DNA from: Octopus sinensis | Lineage: Eukaryota | Reading direction: 5' to 3' | DNA: 26,186 bases | NCBI RefSeq assembly: GCF_006345805.1 | Contig: NW_021835599.1 | Coordinates: forward strand, 1-26,186 | Shown: positions 1 to 9,510 of the stretch, piece by piece | Layout: every line of letters starts with the position of its first letter | Position numbering within the stretch: position 1 is the stretch's first letter | Notes under the pieces: generated by a model | Seen by the model: only the letters and a program-made list of their open reading frames with translations | What the model was told of the DNA's origin: nothing | Databases searched by the model: none | Made by a program: the position numbers and the translations under genes

Positions 1-1
1 T

Positions 2-898
2 TCGAGCAGAGACATATCCGGGTGTGGGTGGTTTGTCCGGTACTGGTTGAAGGAATTTGTCCAAAGACTTCTTGAATTTTGTGTGGCCAGTTTCTTTTTT
101 GACGTGTCCTGGTGTAATGTTGAAGAGAGCGGGTCCAATTGAGGTGAAATAGTTGTGCCGTATTGTCGTTATGTGATGAGATTTAGATTTTTGTTGTGGA
201 CGGATGGCACGTGGTCCAAGCCTTGGATGTATTTTGAAGGTGATGCCAACATCATTCGGACAGTGCTGATGGAATATTTTCCACATCATACAGATAATGT
301 AGCGTTCACGGCGTCGTTGGAGTGAATACAATTTCAGCTTCTCTAGTCTACCCCAGTAGTCAAGGTCTGACATGCCATCTATCTTTTTTGTGATTGACCT
401 TTGGAGAGCTTCAATTCTCATAATATTTTGTTTTGTGTAGGGAGACCACAGTGGACAGCAGTATTCAAGGTGGGGTCGAGCCAAAGTGGAGAAGAGAAGG
501 ATAATAGCGTGGGAATCTCTCGACTGGATAGTTCTGAGAATCCAGGAACACATTCTGCGGGCCATGTCACCTTTGCTGCTTATATGTGTAGCCCAGCTTA
601 TGTTGTTGTCCACTGTTACTCCCAAGTATCTGATGTTGTTGGATGCCATGAGAATTTCTCCAGAAGGAAGAGAGTATGGGAGTTTCAGAGCGTCCTCCCT
701 TCCAAAGTGGATCAGTTCGAATTTGTCTTCATTTAGCAACATGTTATTCTTTTCCGCCCATTGGACAACAGCCAGTAGGTCTGACTGAAGGTTTATTCGG
801 TCATCCACGCCATTGATGACCTTCTGGAGCTTGGAATCATCAGCGAAGGTTCTGATGTTACTGTGTTTGATGGTGTCAGTACTATCATTTATGTAGAT
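2..898 (-). mobile_element. CR1-group LINE ORF2 fragment (RT C-terminal half), 5'-truncated, runs off window edge
   Basis: Manual translation of minus frame 898->2: [24 protein letters not shown]...QSDLLAVVQWAEKNNMLLNEDKF...YLGVTVD...RPHLEYCCPLWSPY...LKLYSLQRRRERYII. FADD at 836-847. No stop in 299 codons. Absent from the ORF track, probably because it has no stop inside the window. Confidence 0.92.
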
Positions 899-951
899 AT
901 ATAATATATATATATATATATAATATATATATATATAATATATATATATAC

Positions 952-1004
<53 letters not shown>

Positions 1005-1073
1005 TATATACATATTAATATATATATCATTATATATTATATATACTATATATATATATATTAATATATAATA

Positions 1074-1129
<56 letters not shown>

Positions 1130-1131
1130 TA

Positions 1132-1188
<57 letters not shown>

Positions 1189-1294
1189 CATAATATATAT
1201 ATTATACAACACATATATATATATTATATATATACATTATATATATATATATATATATACATCTAATATATATATACATATTATATATATATAT

Positions 1295-1334
<40 letters not shown>

Positions 1335-1407
1335 TATATATACATATATAATATATTATATATATACATATTATATATATATATATATACTTATAGATAT
1401 ACATATG

Positions 1408-1454
<47 letters not shown>
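899..1454. repeat. Interrupted (TA)n array followed by (TG)n
   Basis: Direct reading; the YI/IY-rich ORFs here are artefacts. Confidence 0.97.
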
Positions 1455-1458
<4 letters not shown>

Positions 1459-1992
1459 TGTGCGTGAGTATAAACATACGACGTAACGTATACTGAATGT
1501 AAAAACAAACGGGAGACAAACAGATCGTCCATAATTCTTCATCAGTTATCGACTAATGTTACTCTTCAGTGTAGCATTTCTAACGATAAGACAGAATGTT
1601 TTCGAAATGGCGGTGCCCGCAAAAAATATGTTTTTTTGCGTAGAAAAAGGGACAAGAGCAAAGAAAACGAAGCAAGACAAGCAAAACGACACAGTGTGTG
1701 ATTGAGGACGGTGGAGGAGGACTAACAGTCGAACAAAATACGGCCTTGGGGCCAAGAAGACGAGAATAGCGAGTTACGCTAAGAAAACGTTTTGAACGAT
1801 GGAAAACGGAGAGGCAGAATTTGCGACTGGTCAGCTAAGGGATCTGTCGAAGAAAGGAAGGAAAAGAGGAAATGGACGTTGGTCAGTGTGACAGCAGCAG
1901 GCAGAGGAGCAAGACAGCAGGGAGAAGGAGGGATAGAGAAAAGAATGGGGTCGTGGCTGAAAGGGAAGGAGAAAGGATAGGAATAAAAGAGT

Positions 1993-2276
1993 GAGAAAGG
2001 CCAGGAATAGAAGAGGGAGAACGGCTTGGAATATAAGAGGGAGAAAGGCTCGGAATATAAAAGGGAGAAAGGCTCGGAATATAAGGGGGAGAAAGGCTCG
2101 GAATATAAGAGGGAGAAAGGCTCGGAATATAAGGGGGGGAAAGGCTTGGAATATAAGGGGGATTAAGGCTCGGAATATAAGAGGGAGAAAGGTTCGGAAT
2201 ATAAGGGAGAGAAAGGCTTGGAATATAAGAGGGAGAAATGCTAGAAATAAAAGAGCGAGAAAGGCTAGGAGTACAA

Positions 2277-2280
<4 letters not shown>
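1993..2280 (+). repeat. 24-bp minisatellite, 12 units (consensus GAGAAAGGCTCGGAATATAAGAGG), followed by (GA)n to about 2310
   Basis: Units start at 1993, 2017, 2041 ... 2257; this explains the RGRKARNI repeat ORF at 1991-2350. Confidence 0.95.
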
Positions 2281-2313
<33 letters not shown>

Positions 2314-2376
2314 AGTAAATAGGAAGGCTAGAACAGAAGTGACAGGGTGAGAGAAAGAAAAGAGGAAAGAATGAAG

Positions 2377-3200
2377 GTAAGAGAGACCCGGCGTTGCTCG
2401 CGACTCAAATACTGCAATGTTTTTGATAGTAAGTTTCCCATGTCATAAATAACGTTAACCGCAAATTGTAATAAAATTGGTCGCTTATTGTAATAAAATT
2501 ATAACAAAATTGTTGCAAATTATCAGAAAATTGGTCGCCAGGTGCCGTTGAAGCCAGGCGATAACAGTTTGATACGAAGTCCTGAAAAGGGCTTTAATGC
2601 GCTCTCAGACGGGTGAAGTAGCCCTGAAAATGGCGTTTTTGTCGTTTTCACAGCGGTAACAACTTGATAGGAAGTCCTGAAAGGGGCTGTAATGTGTTCT
2701 CAGGTGGCGTAACAATCGTATGTAAAGTGACCCTGAAAAGGGCCTTTTATTCGTTTACACCGAAAGCAATGAAACTGTTGCTGGGAAATGTGAAACTCTG
2801 CGAAAACAGGTGACAAACTTAGATTGGACAAAAGGAAAAGAAACATGGTTGAAGAAAGTTAGTAACTTCGAAAGCATGACTTCTGTAGCACTCGCCACAT
2901 ATCAGGTCAGCAAGGTTGCCCTGATGTAGTGGAGGCACCGAGGTTCACGAATTTGAAAGTTGTTGGCGCATGAAATGCCTATAAGACTTCTCTGTAGACA
3001 TTTTTCGTTTTGTCATTAGGAAGGAGCAAGTACGAATAGATTTTGTTTGCTTCCAACTCCGGAGCATCCGACATATAACTGGCCATGAGAGAAACATGGG
3101 TCGCCTTCCTTCTTTTGACAGCCGAATCAGACTCTGTTTTACGACCAAGGCGCGTTCTTAGGTGGCATAGCGGCAGTATTAAACTATGTTTCAATTGCAA
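2377..3200 (-). mobile_element. Non-autonomous, internally deleted Helitron (Pif1 helicase C-terminal relic and degenerate 3' hairpin); 5' boundary uncertain
   Basis: Minus 3102->2979 reads DPCFSHGQLYVGCSGVGSKQNLFVLAP-(frameshift)-PNDKTKNVYREVL*, matching the Helitron helicase C-terminus (FSHGQLYVA.SRV...KT.NIVY.EVL). Minus 2404->2377 GTCGCGAGCAACGCCGGGTCTCTCTTAC resembles the CCCGGGCAACGCCGGG..CTAG 3' end. A roughly 95-bp degenerate internal duplication lies at 2558-2760. Confidence 0.8.
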
Positions 3201-3870
3201 AATGTTAAAAACGGGCAAAACGGGACACTGAGAAACAAATTTGGCACGATGTATAAAAAGTGAACCTAATAAACGTATTATTCAAAAAAGGTGGAAGCAG
3301 GGACAGACAGTTAGCTATGTGGACACAAAGACACTGAATACAATATTTTTAATGACACAAAAGCTAAAAACTGGTAGACGACAACAGTATGAAGGAGTTA
3401 ACTTAATTTAGTATGTGGACAACGAAAACTTTCAACAGGAAGTATGAAGTCAAAGCAATAATGTACGTCAAATGGAAGTCCTCACCTGAAAGCCGAAGCA
3501 CGTATCAGATATGCACAAAAGCACATCAATAATTACGATTTGACACTGGCATTATCAGGCGAACAGTGTTCCACCAATGAAATTCAGTCAAAGAATTAAT
3601 TGGACGGGCTCATTACAGTGGGCAATCAATAGTGTTCACGCGCATATGTCAAAGTTTATGTTCACAGCTCACCCTTTATTGGCAAACCATTGACATGTCA
3701 TTAAGGGGAACGGTGGGAAAAACGGGGCACTATGATCGTCAGCGATAATGGGGTGGGGAGGGGAAGTGGGTAAACACTGAGGACTTAGTAAAGAAGAGGC
3801 TAAAGTAGCGGGACATCATGGCCGGAGGTGAAAATAGGGGTGGTTTAAATAAACTAATGTACACAGAGAA

Positions 3871-4127
3871 GGCGCATGGCTCAGTGGTTAAAGCATCGAA
3901 CTTACGATCGTGAGGTTATGAGTTCGAATACCTGACCGGGTGGCGTGTTACGTTCTTGAGCAAGACACTTTATTTCACGTTGCTCCAGTTCACTCAGTTG
4001 TAGAAATGAGTTGCGAGGTCACAGGTGCCAAGCTGTATCGGCCCCTTTGCCTTTTCCTTGGATAACACTGAAGACGTGGAGAGGGGAGGCCGGTATGCAT
4101 AGGCGACTGTTGGTCTTCCATAAACAA
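3871..4127 (+). mobile_element. tRNA-derived SINE (family C of this window)
   Basis: A box TGGCTCAGTGG (3878-3887) and B box GAGTTCGAATACC (3920-3932), then CORE-like TTCTTGAGCAAGACACTT; ends at a (TA)n array. Confidence 0.85.
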
Positions 4128-4128
4128 G

Positions 4129-4165
<37 letters not shown>

Positions 4166-4231
4166 GTGTGTGTGTGTGTATACATATATATATATATATA
4201 CATGCATATATATACATATATGTGTGTGTGT

Positions 4232-4263
<32 letters not shown>
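4128..4263. repeat. (TA)n/(TG)n/(CA)n compound microsatellite
   Basis: Direct reading. Confidence 0.95.
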
Positions 4264-4267
<4 letters not shown>

Positions 4268-4269
4268 CA

Positions 4270-4980
4270 AATTTATAGAAAAACAAAGACAAAGAGAGGT
4301 GTAGGAACAACAAGCAAACGTATAGTTTGACGCTCGAGATAAATGGAAAACACATTTACGTTTCGAGCCTACGCTCTTCGGAAGAAAGGACTAAGAGGAA
4401 ACAAATAGAGAGAGAATGAAAAAGGAAGAGTAGAGATCAGCTGTCCCGCATGGCGAATGATTGGAAAGGGATGGTCATCTTTTCCTTTTCTTGCCCAAAA
4501 AAATATCATGCACTACACATTCGTTCTTCACTTGCTTATTATTGTTCTTATTTTATTTTATGCCCATTGTCTGGAAATCTTTCGTCACACATCCATGACC
4601 TCTTCAGCGACTCCTCCATCCACAGACGTGTATATATATATATATATATATAATATATATATATATGTATAAATGGAGTTGGATGATGTTATTAAAATTC
4701 TTTTACTTTCGACATATGTTTCGAAGACATGGTTTTATTCCAAAGGAATAAACGGTGTAAAATGCAATCTTCTCATCAGGAAAGAAAGAGAGAGCCTCTC
4801 TCATTTATTTATTTATTTATTTATTTATAATACACAGATTACTGCACATTAACCCGGAGTTTCTACTTTGAATAGGTTGCTTCAACCGTGTTACTGGCGT
4901 GAATTTTGCTACCCTGGTAACGGTTTATTGAATTTTCCTCGTTAACGGTAACAGAGAATGATTCATTCATCCATTTAAAT
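4270..4980 (-). mobile_element. Cluster of Penelope-like element terminal-repeat remnants carrying hammerhead motifs
   Basis: Three GAAA-[short palindrome]-UH motifs preceded by stem II hairpins on the minus strand (about 4357-4383, 4569-4611, 4703-4787). Minimal hammerheads with palindromic stem III are an established feature of Penelope pseudo-LTRs. No RT or GIY-YIG sequence seen here. Confidence 0.55.
4703..4787 (-). ncRNA. Type I hammerhead ribozyme (complete core), predicted cleavage GUC| between 4711 and 4710
   Basis: Minus strand: CUUUC-CUGAUGA-GAAGA-[loop containing UUUAUUCC-uuu-GGAAUAAA]-UCUUC-GAAA-CAUAUG-UC-GAAAG. Stem I 5 bp (4784-4780/4710-4706), stem II 5 bp (4772-4768/4727-4723), palindromic stem III CAUAUG. 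Confidence 0.85.
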
Positions 4981-5498
4981 ATATATATGTATGTATGTAT
5001 TTGTGTGTGTGTGTGTATGTAGGCCTACATATACATATATGTAAACACGTTTATGTGTGTTTGCGTGCATGTGTGTGTGTATCTATTCTCTGCATCTTGG
5101 GTGTGAGAACACATTGGCGGCCTCCCTTGCATCTGAACCTATACGAAATCCATAAGAATCTGTGTAATGAATATGTCCTTTGGTTGATTCCATTACTTTT
5201 CCTTCAGACAGAAAATTAATATACTAAAATATGGTTCTTGATCTGTGAGAACTTTCCCTGAAGTGATTAAGCATCAGTGAATATCACCATTATTCATCGT
5301 ATTTTTGGTTTTTACTACCCTCACAGAAAATTTTTTAAAAAGCAGATTTCAACAGGTATATGCTCTTTTTTCGACAGGACTTTCTGTACAGCCTGATACC
5401 ATGAAACGAATGCAAGAGAAATAAAGCAGACCACAACTTCAGTGTTACTGTCAGCCTCTTGAAAAAGACTAACGAATATGCATTCTGAAAAGAAAATA

Positions 5499-5662
5499 TT
5501 TTCTACTATAGGCACAAAGCCTGAAATTTCTGGAGAGGGTGCCAGTCGATTAGATCGACCTCAGTACGCTACTGGTACTTAATTTATCGACCCCGAAAGG
5601 ATGAAAGGCAAAGTCGACTTCGGCGGAATTTGAACTCAGAACGTAAAGACAGATGAAATTCC
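5499..5662 (-). mobile_element. SINE family A copy lacking the front of its head
   Basis: B box read on plus as GGAATTTGAACTCAGAAC; shared body TATCGACCCCGAAAGGATGAAAGGCAAAGTCGAC. Confidence 0.85.
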
Positions 5663-5861
5663 TAATTCTTTACTACCCACAAGGGGCTAAACACAGAGGG
5701 GACAAACAAGGACAGACAAACGGATTAAGTCGATTACATCGACCCCAGTGCGTAACTGGTACTTAATTTATCGACCCCGAAAGGATGGAAAGCAAAGTCA
5801 ACCTCGGCGGAATTGAAACTCAGAACGTAGCAGCAGACGAAATTCCGCTAAACATTTCGCC
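5661..5861 (-). mobile_element. SINE family A copy, tail joined to the head of the previous copy
   Basis: Tail CCTAATTCTTTACTACCCACAAGGGGCTAAAC; same body as 6111-6343 and 7807-8039. Confidence 0.88.
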
Positions 5862-5925
5862 ACTTCATTCTGTAAAGAAAATATAGAGTAATTCTGTTTA
5901 ATGTTAACCCCCCATTTTTTTTTAT

Positions 5926-6050
5926 CAGAATCCTTGACACGCCGGACAAAATGTTCAGCAGTATTTCGTCCGTTCTGAGTTCATTTTGCCTTTCATCCTT
6001 TAATCTTTTCCCACCAAGTTTCAGGCGTTATGTCTATAGTAAGTAGAAAG
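5926..6050 (+). mobile_element. Internally deleted SINE family A copy, inverted relative to its neighbours
   Basis: CAGAATCCTTGACACGCCGGACAAAATG...TATTTCGTC...GTTCTGAGTTCA...TTTGCCTTTCATCC, plus a tail resembling the reverse complement of 5499-5530. Confidence 0.65.
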
Positions 6051-6110
6051 TACTGTAACTCGACATAAAAACAAACATTAATGCATATGTATGTGTCGTA
6101 TGCATATACA

Positions 6111-6343
6111 CCTATTTCTTTACTACCCACAAGGGGCTAAGCACAGAGGAAACAAACAAGGACAGACAGACGGATTAAGTCGATTATATCGACCTCAGTG
6201 AGTAACTGGTACTTAATTTATCGACCCAAAAGGATGAAAGGCAAAGTCGACCTCGGCGTAATTTGAACTCGGAACGTAAACGGCAGACGAAATATGGCTA
6301 CAGATTTCGCCCGGCATGCTAACGTTTCTGCCAGCTCGCCGCC
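6111..6343 (-). mobile_element. Full-length SINE family A
   Basis: Minus head GGCGGCGAGCTGGCAGAAACGTTAGC (A box), GTTCCGAGTTCAAAT (B box), tail ending AAAGAAATAGG. Confidence 0.92.
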
Positions 6344-6779
6344 TTGTGTGCATATATATACATATCTGCTATTCATTCACTTCTCAGCAGATCATTTAAA
6401 GAATTGGTCTTTCAAATATCTTCCATTTCTGATAGTGAATTTAGAAACAAAGATGCCTTTATCTCACGAAATTGCAACCGTTACATTCGTTTTTATCACA
6501 GTACAACTATTTATCAAACGATCTCATGCATTTTAGTAACACATGTATATTTATTTGTAAGTTTGTTCGCTTTTATTTTCGTGTATATCATATGATTACC
6601 ATTCCGACACTCAATTTATCATATGAATACCCGCTTTATGACAACAAATATTTAGATTATCACATCAATATCCGATTTATCACACCAACTGTCAGATTAT
6701 CGTGTTAATAATTGATCTATCTCATCGATAACTATTTGTCGTGTTGCTTGATTTGCGATGATGGTGGCGGTATACAGAT

Positions 6780-6930
6780 GAAGGAAGAAAGAGAAGAGGG
6801 TAGAAAGAAAGAAAGAAAGAAAGAAAGAAGGGAAATAGACGGGAAGAAAAGTAAACAGAGATTGGGATAAATATAGCCGTGATGGAAAGAAAGAAATGGT
6901 GAATATGTAAGAAGAGAAAGATAAAAGAAT
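6780..6930 (+). repeat. Purine-rich (GAAA)n low-complexity tract
   Basis: Direct reading. Confidence 0.8.
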
Positions 6931-7315
6931 GGGTTGTTGGCTTAGAAATTATCGAAGACAGTAATCTAAGGATGGTATCCTGTAAAGAGTGAAGCGTTCT
7001 ATAAGACTGGAATCTTTTCTATTATTCTGGTTATCAGTGAGAAAAACTGTCAAATTACTCGTTCTGCGAGGACATCAATGCTGGGAGGCCACGTACACAA
7101 CTGTAAATGTTTGCAATAGATTTTGTAAGGAATGACAAAATCGTGCAGTGTGTTAGAAATAAAACAAGAATATTGCTCAATGTTAAATCATTTATGTATG
7201 TAATGTTTCAAATAGGAATGAAAGAATTGCGTAAACAGTTCGTGGAAGAATTCTCCGAAAGGGCAGTAAATTTATACAATGCAATATTTTTACTGATTCC
7301 AGCCAGGTATGTAAC

Positions 7316-7420
7316 CATGACCCAGTCTCTTAGCGAAGTCAGAGGTATTGTTTTCAGTCGTATTTGTTTGTTTGTCCGTGAACACGATATCTCAAGAACT
7401 GCTGGATGGATTCGGATGAA
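7316..7420 (+). mobile_element. 5' fragment of a Helentron/DINE-1-like non-autonomous element (HINE)
   Basis: TATTGTTTTCAGTCGTATTTGTTTGTTTGTCCGTG..GATATCTCAAGAAC..GGATGGATTCGGATGAA is shared with 19165-19280; (GTTT)n core. Confidence 0.6.
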
Positions 7421-7806
7421 TAGAAGGCGACAGCACAAGAACAGACAGAACACCACAGCGGGGACACAAAAAAACACAGAAGAAACGAATGAAGGATGAA
7501 CAATAATGATGAAGATGAAATGGCTGCATGCTCCCCACTCGCAAGCAGTATCATTTAATGTTTTTATCATTTTTTTCCTCTTATTTTTTCCTTTTTTGCA
7601 TCTGTGTTACAATCATCAGGGTTTCAAACATTTACTTACTTTTTTCACCATTTTATGTAAGCCAGTAGGTCCTCATAATCTATAAAATGGCAAGACGTTG
7701 AACTCCACGCGTACTCCTGTTGGGTCTATCCTATTTCCGAACCATTCCCTTAGTCTTGCGCATCTCTCCTTGTCAATTACAATTGCCTTGGTACTCTCTG
7801 GATAGT

Positions 7807-8039
7807 TATTTCATTACTACCCACAAGGGGCTAAACATAGAGGGGACAAACAAGGACAGACATGGGTATTAAGTCGATTACATCGACCCCAGTGCGTAAC
7901 TGGTACTTAATTTATCGACCCCGAAAGGATGAAAGGTAAAGTCGACCTCGGCGGAATTTGAACTCGGAACGTAATGTCAGACGAAATACGGCTACGCATT
8001 TCGCCCGGCGTGCTAACGTTTCTGCCAGCTGGCCGCCTT
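7807..8039 (-). mobile_element. Full-length SINE family A with 15-bp target-site duplication
   Basis: Perfect TSD TACTCTCTGGATAGT at 7792-7806 and 8040-8054; intact A and B boxes. Confidence 0.95.
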
Positions 8040-8369
8040 TACTCTCTGGATAGTATAGCTTCACTCTTATTACCGACTTCATTTTCGTTATTTCCTTTTC
8101 AATCTCCATGCTTTTCGTGTAAGTCACAATATGTCATTTATTTTTCGGTTCTTTTATAGTTACTTGTTCCTGTAGTCCCACTTGATTTTTAACGTTGGCT
8201 TCCCTTCTTGATGTTGTTGGAATATCATGCCGTGTTTCTTCCTCTTTACTTTCCTTCCTTTTCTTTAACAAGCTTTCTTCTTGTAATACTTTTTAAAAAA
8301 TATATGAATTCCTAATACTTCAAATTACCTTTTGTACTTTGTGGATAATTATGCCTTAATGATTCAGAC

Positions 8370-8673
8370 TTGGAGGCACATGGCCTAGTGGTTAGAGCAG
8401 CGGACTCGCGGTCGAGGGATCGCGGGTTCGAATCTCAGACCGGGCGATGTGTGTGTTTATGAGCGAAACACCTAAGCTTCACACGGCTCCGGCAAAAGGT
8501 AATGGCGAACTTCTGCTGACTCTTTCGCAACAACTTTCTCTCACTCTTTCCTCCAGCATCTTGCAGCACACCTGCGACGGACCGGCGTCCCGTCCAGGTG
8601 GGGAACCTATACGCCAAGAAAACCGGGAAACCGGCCCTAATGAGCCAGGCGTGGTTCGAGAAGGAACAAACAC
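8370..8673 (+). mobile_element. tRNA-derived SINE (family D) with 10-bp TSD
   Basis: A box TGGCCTAGTGG, B box GGGTTCGAATCTC; TSD TGATTCAGAC at 8360-8369 and 8674-8683. Confidence 0.9.
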
Positions 8674-9363
8674 TGATTCAGACAGACAAATGTTGTAGCA
8701 ACTCTCCTGGGATTTCGCACTAGATGTGAAGGGATGTAGGAAAATATTAAAAGACATTATGTGTCCGGAGTTGTATGATTATGCTTGCTTCTGTATTTGG
8801 TGATCAATTTTTAAAAAATCATAACTAATAAAAGATAGAAATTATATATAACAGTCCCAATTTAATTTTGTAGAAGGAAGAATATATTGGAGGCTGGAAT
8901 ATTCATTCTTTTTTCGATGACTACAGCGGACTCATTAGACTGAAATTACTTCAGGGCATTAAATAAACAGAAGTGACTTCAGCTGCAGATTGAAACTAAA
9001 ACATCATTCTCAGTTTGTGAATTTAATTAATCTTCTAAACATACCCTTCACCACTGAAGAATAAAAGCAAAATAATCCAATTTCAAATGAAAAAATATCG
9101 CGTTCAAATAGCATCTTCGTTATTCCTTGTTAGATTTAAATTTGTGGTGCTCCGTATGCAAGAACTTCAACTCCCACGTCTCTGTTCTTTCGGTTTATTA
9201 GTTGATGAAATTATTTCAATATGTGAACCATTCCGTTAAGCTTAGCCATTTGTAGTTATAGGGGTGTTAAATTGAAAAAAAGAAAATTAAATCAAAATTA
9301 ATTTATTACCCCCCTCAAAATCACACCCTTCAGTTTGAGACTGTCTTCGAACATACGATCACC

Positions 9364-9510
9364 ATTGGCTAACACGGAGTAGTATAAGAGTAAGAGTAGG
9401 AGGAGAGTAAAAAATATTACTATTTGTAGCAAGGCCAAGAGCAAAACCACCGTCTTGTTTATTGACTCCACTTTGAACGGTACAGAAACAGCGCAACATC
9501 AATGGTAAAT
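9364..9510 (+). promoter_or_regulatory. Candidate first exon/promoter 1 of the tubulin gene (ATG at 9502-9504, donor GTAAAT)
   Basis: Reverse CCAAT (ATTGG 9364-9368), TATAAG (9383-9388), then ATG|GTAAAT. Alpha-tubulin exon 1 commonly contributes only the ATG. Confidence 0.35.

Noticed and set aside
401-788. Plus-strand ORFs of 111 and 100 aa
   Set aside because: Antisense shadows of the LINE ORF2 frame.
885-1542. YI/IY/HT-rich ORFs (also 3994-4672, 21628-22989)
   Set aside because: Translations of dinucleotide microsatellites.
1541-1570. Minus-strand CUGAAGA-G...C-GAUA as a hammerhead
   Set aside because: GAAA is GAUA, stem II does not pair, and there is no NUH with stem III pairing.
3871-3945. 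tRNA gene calls for SINE heads (also 8372-8440, 16503-16575)
   Set aside because: A/B boxes are present, but there is no closing acceptor stem and each continues into a repeat body.
5550-6260. CRISPR-like array of recurring GTCGAT/ATCGAC repeats
   Set aside because: These are dispersed SINE copies in a eukaryote; no regular spacers and no cas genes.
7680-8127. About 69-aa minus ORF restored by removing the SINE and one TSD (…VKLYYPESTKAIVIDKERCARLREWF…)
   Set aside because: Short, GTG start with a stop just upstream, and no recognisable motif.
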